From the IMG/VR virus record IMGVR_UViG_3300035501_000484, positions 128,001 through 139,648 of that record: 11,648 nt of DNA. One strand, written 5' to 3'. The notes beneath the pieces are model-generated. The model made no database searches and was not told the DNA's origin. It saw nothing but the letters and a program-made list of their open reading frames with translations. The position numbers and the translations under genes were made by a program. This DNA is from a virus. Shown here piece after piece: positions 7,834 to 11,648 of this stretch (within the stretch, counting starts at the first letter, position 1; each line of letters opens with the position of its first letter).

Positions 7834-9015
7834 TTAATCTTTTTGAATAATTACAAGTTTCTCTGAGGCGCGCGTAGCCGCGGTATAGAGCCATCGAGCA
7901 TGCTCTTCTTTATCAAATGGAAATTTTTCTTCTACGACTAAAACTTTTTCAAATTCGCTACCTTGCGCCTTATGGCAAGTTATTGCGTATCCATAAGTGA
8001 ATTGTTTTGGTACTAAAAGTCTAGTTTTAGGATTTTTAGATAATTTAAAAGAAGTTTTCCAATTTAAACTACTTTCACCTGTAATTATCATATCTCTATC
8101 CATATCAAGAGAGCTAAAAATAGAATTACTATCAGTTTTAAAATTACAATTTAAAATAGGAATCTGCTGACCTTCCGCCCATCTTGGCAACTGTACAAAA
8201 GTAGTAAAACAATTATCAATCCAACCAATAGTACCATTAATTAGCGGGTCTTCACCATCGTCCGAAAAGCTATCCCAATAATTCCTCAAACAGACGATTT
8301 TGTCTCCATTTTGAGGTTTCAAATTATTTAATCCCGACAATTGACGCATTTGAGTATTTAACGCTACTCTTGTAGCATTTGTTGCACATATTACTTGGTC
8401 TGCCCATTGTAACATACCTGTATTAAGTTCATCCTTATGAGATACTATAACTTCATTTCCTTGAATTGGTTTTATTGATTTACCAGCTCTAATATCCATA
8501 GTTAAACGAATTATTTCTGATTCTTGCGCTTGTCGCATTATTTCATCAAGGAATATATGCGGGTGGTCTAATAAATGATTATCCTCGTCTTTATCTACAG
8601 GTGGTAACTGAAATGGGTCCCCTAAGCAAATTATATGAACATTATAAGTTGCAAGTAAAGTCATTAAAGATTTAGGTGCCATAGATACTTCATCTACAAT
8701 TATAATATCATATGGAATAGATTCAACGGGAATACGACCAAAAGTTCCATCTGATTTAGGAAAACTCTTATATAATAATTTATGTAAAGTTTTTACATTC
8801 TTATTACCTTTTTTTAAAAGAACCTGTGCAGCTTTACCTGTAAAGCACGCAAAGCAAACTCTATCTTCATCTACATCTAATGCTTCTATAATAAATTTAA
8901 CTAGGGTCGACTTCCCTGTACCTGCATATCCTGAAATTACAGTATACTTTTCATGGTTTTTATATCTAGTTAATGCGATTTTAAGTCCTTCATTTTGACG
9001 ATTGGTTAATATCAT
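7834..9015 (-). CDS. SF1B DNA helicase of the RecD/Dda/Pif1-like family
   Basis: 393 aa. Motif I is ISGYAGTGKST (Walker A), motif II IIIVDEVSM, motif V YAITCHKAQGSEFEKVLVV and motif VI YTAATRA. These are characteristic of RecD-like 5'-3' helicases; phage T4 Dda is the same class. Its ATG lies 1 nt after the stop of the 92-aa ORF, and GGAGAA sits 8 nt upstream. Confidence 0.85.
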   Translation of the reverse strand: MILTNRQNEGLKIALTRYKNHEKYTVISGYAGTGKSTLVKFIIEALDVDEDRVCFACFTGKAAQVLLKKGNKNVKTLHKLLYKSFPKSDGTFGRIPVESIPYDIIIVDEVSMAPKSLMTLLATYNVHIICLGDPFQLPPVDKDEDNHLLDHPHIFLDEIMRQAQESEIIRLTMDIRAGKSIKPIQGNEVIVSHKDELNTGMLQWADQVICATNATRVALNTQMRQLSGLNNLKPQNGDKIVCLRNYWDSFSDDGEDPLINGTIGWIDNCFTTFVQLPRWAEGQQIPILNCNFKTDSNSIFSSLDMDRDMIITGESSLNWKTSFKLSKNPKTRLLVPKQFTYGYAITCHKAQGSEFEKVLVVEEKFPFDKEEHARWLYTAATRASEKLVIIQKD

Positions 9016-9016
9016 T

Positions 9017-9295
9017 TTAATTATTCTCCATTTTATGAGCTTGCGAAAATTGCTCTAAAATATGATAAAAATGTTGTTTTTGACTATTAGCCCACACTTC
9101 TCTATTAAAAGATTGACAATTATTGCGGGCGCGCTCTTCTTTTAATATTGCTAATTCATCAATTGCAATTGCATATCTAAAATAAATGCTATCAAACCCA
9201 AAATCTAATCTATCTTTAACAATTTTATTTAATTCATCTTTATCAATCATAGTAATGTTTAATTTTTTATATAAATCTTTAATATCATCAGTCAT
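9017..9295 (-). CDS. Hypothetical protein (92 aa)
   Basis: First gene after promoter P1. RBS GGAGA at 9309..9305 lies 9 nt from ATG 9295. No motif recognised. Confidence 0.55.
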   Translation of the reverse strand: MTDDIKDLYKKLNITMIDKDELNKIVKDRLDFGFDSIYFRYAIAIDELAILKEERARNNCQSFNREVWANSQKQHFYHILEQFSQAHKMENN

Positions 9296-9345
9296 AATTT
9301 ATTATCTCCTTTAATAACTTCTTATATCTTTTATTTTCTATAATT

Positions 9346-9374
9346 ATTATATCATATTTTTATATAAAAATCAA
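9346..9374 (-). promoter_or_regulatory. Sigma-A-type promoter P1 (TTGATT-N17-TGaTATAAT)
   Basis: Minus strand has TTGATT at 9374..9369, a 17-nt spacer, and TGATATAAT at 9354..9346. It abuts the terminator hairpin on its upstream side. By my count 25 of 29 positions are identical to P2. Confidence 0.5.
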
Positions 9375-9413
9375 AAAATAGGTTTTAGATGAAAAATTTC
9401 CAAAACCTATTTT
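9366..9413 (-). terminator. Candidate rho-independent terminator after the recJ-like gene (12-bp stem, 15-nt loop, U-tract)
   Basis: Perfect inverted repeat aaaataggtttt (9375..9386) with aaaacctatttt (9402..9413). On the minus transcript the stem is followed by UUUGAUUUUUAU. It starts 35 nt downstream of the RecJ-like stop at 9449. The stem is AT-rich, so it is weak. Confidence 0.4.
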
Positions 9414-9448
9414 AAATTTGAAGATGCGAGTGTCTGCAGCCCGAATAG

Positions 9449-11212
9449 TTAAAAGAAGTATTTAGATGAATCTACAATCTCATAATCTTCAAGTAATATT
9501 TGTGCATTTACATATCCGTTCCATTCATTACGATTACACTTTCCCACTAAGTCAATCTTTACATAACCATCTGTAGCTATTTTATTATATTCTTCTTGAC
9601 TAGAGCCAAACTTAATAATAGATACTTTATTAGGTAAAACAATTTTTAATGTAGGAGTCCTATCAGGAGACATTAGTGTAACCATATCTTTAGTAACTTT
9701 TAAACCTTTAATTGCTATGAGACTTTCTTCGAGGTCTTTTCCCCAAAAACCGTCCATCTCTGCAATATCAAGTATATTTTGAGGATTTACTTCATTACCT
9801 TCATAGATGTAATCAACATAATATAATGCTTCTGAAGGCATATCTTTTAATGCTTCATCTGTAGCGGCAATAAAATCATTAATATCTTGTTCGCGGATTC
9901 CTAGACCAAAGGCGCCTTGATGTCCTGCTGTAAAAAGCGTTAGACCAGTACCCGCGCAAATATCTTTAAAATGAGTAACTCCAACTTGGTCGCATCCTCT
10001 TGCAGAACCTTGATAAGAGATTTCATTATCTTCTTCTACTCTTGTAAGAACACAGCAAGGTCTTTGATAACGTGCCATGAGTTTATTAGCCACCAATCCC
10101 GCAATATTTCGGTCTATTTGCCCAGGTTCTATAAGAAACAACAATACTTTATGTTCAAGCATATTATCTTCCGCAATCTTATTTTCTAAAAATTCCATTC
10201 CTGCATCTTGCGCTCTTGTTTGTCTATTTTTTACATTAGTACAAGTTCTTATTGCCTGTTCTACTCTTTGTTCCTCTTCGCCTAATTTATGTCCTCTTTT
10301 ATTTGAAGGTATCATATCAAAAGCCTTCATTGAAAGCATTGACTCAAATAATAATTCTTTTTCCTCTTGAGTTCCACTTCTTACCATTGCATTAACAAAA
10401 GGAGCAATATAAAATGCAGCGCCCCATGAAGTTATATGTTCGCCTAGCTTAAATTGGTTCTTTTGCCACATATTATAAATAAAAGGATTATGAATATTTT
10501 CAGGCTCGAATCCTTTATTAATTAAATGTTTTGTTTCTATAGATTGAAGGCTCATCATATCTGCGGTATTACCAAGAGCTACAAGGTCTAAAAATTTATC
10601 AGCATAATTTTTATTTAATAAACTATCTATATATTTACAAAACTGATAAGTTATACCAACTCCACTTAAATTTTTATTGGGATAGTCACTAAGTTGATTG
10701 TTAATAATTATAGCATCTTCAGATGCGTATTCAGCTTCATGGTGGTCAAGCACTATAACTGGAATATTATTTTCTTTTAATTTAGCATGATATGAATAAT
10801 CGTTAGACCCAGCATCAGGAACAATAACTAAAGCAAAATGTTGTTCAATAATATAATCATAACAATCACTTAATCCATGCTGTTTTCCTTCATGTATTAT
10901 CCATCTTATATATTTTTGCGTCCACGCGGGAAACGCTTCATATAAATAATTTATAAGTGACGCAGAGCTGGTGAAACCATCGCAATCTGCATCCACTACA
11001 ACTACTACATATTGTTGTTTGCTAATACAAGATATTAATATTTTTGCTGCAATTAATAATTGTGCTTCTCCTAGTAATAATGGAGAGTTAATATCTTTAT
11101 CTGTTGTATTTATGTAATGTGGAATATCTTCATATGATATTCCTCTATTAGTAAGTACCTGTTCTAAAGCAGAGTATTTAGAATTAACAGGTTTTATAAG
11201 TTTATATTTCAT
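9449..11212 (-). CDS. recJ: RecJ-like single-stranded-DNA-specific exonuclease (DHH phosphoesterase with DHHA1 domain)
   Basis: 587 aa. DHH motif I is VVVVDADCDGFTSSASL, motif II IVPDAGSND, motif III VIVLDHHEA and motif IV GNTADMMSL. DHHA1 is GxGHxxAxG as TAGHQGAFGLGI. About 140 aa follow, consistent with a RecJ OB-like tail. The size matches RecJ cores and phage RecJ-like proteins such as SPbeta YorK. Confidence 0.8.
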   Translation of the reverse strand: MKYKLIKPVNSKYSALEQVLTNRGISYEDIPHYINTTDKDINSPLLLGEAQLLIAAKILISCISKQQYVVVVVDADCDGFTSSASLINYLYEAFPAWTQKYIRWIIHEGKQHGLSDCYDYIIEQHFALVIVPDAGSNDYSYHAKLKENNIPVIVLDHHEAEYASEDAIIINNQLSDYPNKNLSGVGITYQFCKYIDSLLNKNYADKFLDLVALGNTADMMSLQSIETKHLINKGFEPENIHNPFIYNMWQKNQFKLGEHITSWGAAFYIAPFVNAMVRSGTQEEKELLFESMLSMKAFDMIPSNKRGHKLGEEEQRVEQAIRTCTNVKNRQTRAQDAGMEFLENKIAEDNMLEHKVLLFLIEPGQIDRNIAGLVANKLMARYQRPCCVLTRVEEDNEISYQGSARGCDQVGVTHFKDICAGTGLTLFTAGHQGAFGLGIREQDINDFIAATDEALKDMPSEALYYVDYIYEGNEVNPQNILDIAEMDGFWGKDLEESLIAIKGLKVTKDMVTLMSPDRTPTLKIVLPNKVSIIKFGSSQEEYNKIATDGYVKIDLVGKCNRNEWNGYVNAQILLEDYEIVDSSKYFF

Positions 11213-11247
11213 TTTATGATAATCCTATTCTTTTTATAAAATCTTTA

Positions 11248-11648
11248 TTATAAATATATCCTTTCTTTAAATAATTCTAAGAAAATTTCTTTTCCATTAT
11301 CTATCGGACTCATTTTATAATTAAGTTTATCTCCTTTTTTATCAAAAACAAAAGAGATTTGAACATATGGACTATATTTCTTATGAATATCAGTTAGTTT
11401 CTTAGTCCATTTTTTAAATTCTTCATCTCCAGATTTTTGAAATTGTTTATCAAAAGCCACAATAATTTCTTGAACTCCAAGAGATAAAAGTAATTTAACT
11501 TGATAACTTATCAAAGAACTTCCGCAACAAGCTACTGAAATATCATTTTCTTCTCCAAAATAACTAGCATAAAGGAGACATGATTTCTCGCCTTCAAATA
11601 CTATCGCCCGCCGCATTATTTTTATGTTATCTTTACTATTGTTTAAAT
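11248..11648 (-). CDS. C-terminal portion of a primase-like protein (TOPRIM domain); 5' end off window
   Basis: The frame is open upstream to the window edge, with no in-frame stop before the listed ATG and no RBS there. VFEGEKSCLL...VACCGSSLIS...EIIVAFDKQFQKSGDEE parallels the T7 gp4/DnaG TOPRIM pattern EGExD...G.GA...IIxxFDxDxAG. The expected DxD reads DKQ here. Confidence 0.45.
   Translation of the reverse strand, partial: LNNSKDNIKIMRRAIVFEGEKSCLLYASYFGEENDISVACCGSSLISYQVKLLLSLGVQEIIVAFDKQFQKSGDEEFKKWTKKLTDIHKKYSPYVQISFVFDKKGDKLNYKMSPIDNGKEIFLELFKERIYL

Noticed and set aside
7823-7894. N-terminal extension of the 74-aa ORF (MALYRGYARLRETCNYSKRLKEIN)
   Set aside because: Would overlap 61 nt of the helicase C-terminus, including motif VI, in another frame. 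An internal ATG at 7822 with a strong RBS placed right after the helicase stop is the more plausible start.
9971-10370. Two overlapping plus-strand ORFs (72 and 97 aa)
   Set aside because: Antisense inside the RecJ-like gene, whose frame carries all DHH/DHHA1 motifs.

Overview
AT-rich window (roughly 28-30% GC by eye) with every credible gene on the minus strand, tightly packed with short overlaps. The arrangement reads as a phage or prophage DNA-replication and dNTP-supply module of a low-GC, anaerobic Firmicute (Clostridium-like). Reading right to left in the direction of transcription: the C-terminal TOPRIM part of a primase, whose 5' end is off the window; a RecJ-like DHH/DHHA1 single-strand exonuclease; a hairpin terminator followed directly by a sigma-A-type promoter; a 92-aa ORF; a Dda/RecD-like SF1B helicase; three or four tiny ORFs, one apparently split by a frameshift at an A7 tract; a second hairpin followed by a near-identical promoter; a 1331-aa DnaE-type Pol III alpha with PHP domain; a 63-aa Cse60-like ORF; a guanylate-kinase-fold (d)NMP kinase; and anaerobic class III ribonucleotide reductase NrdD with an ATP-cone, whose 3' end is off the window. 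NrdD was not in the supplied ORF track because it runs off the edge; I found it by hand translation. No tRNA, CRISPR array, transposase, intron or intein was recognisable. The points worth a second look are the duplicated hairpin-promoter cassette, the split small gene, the set of uncharacterised small proteins inside the replisome operon, and the unusual pairing of a RecJ-like nuclease and a C-family polymerase with a Dda-type helicase.
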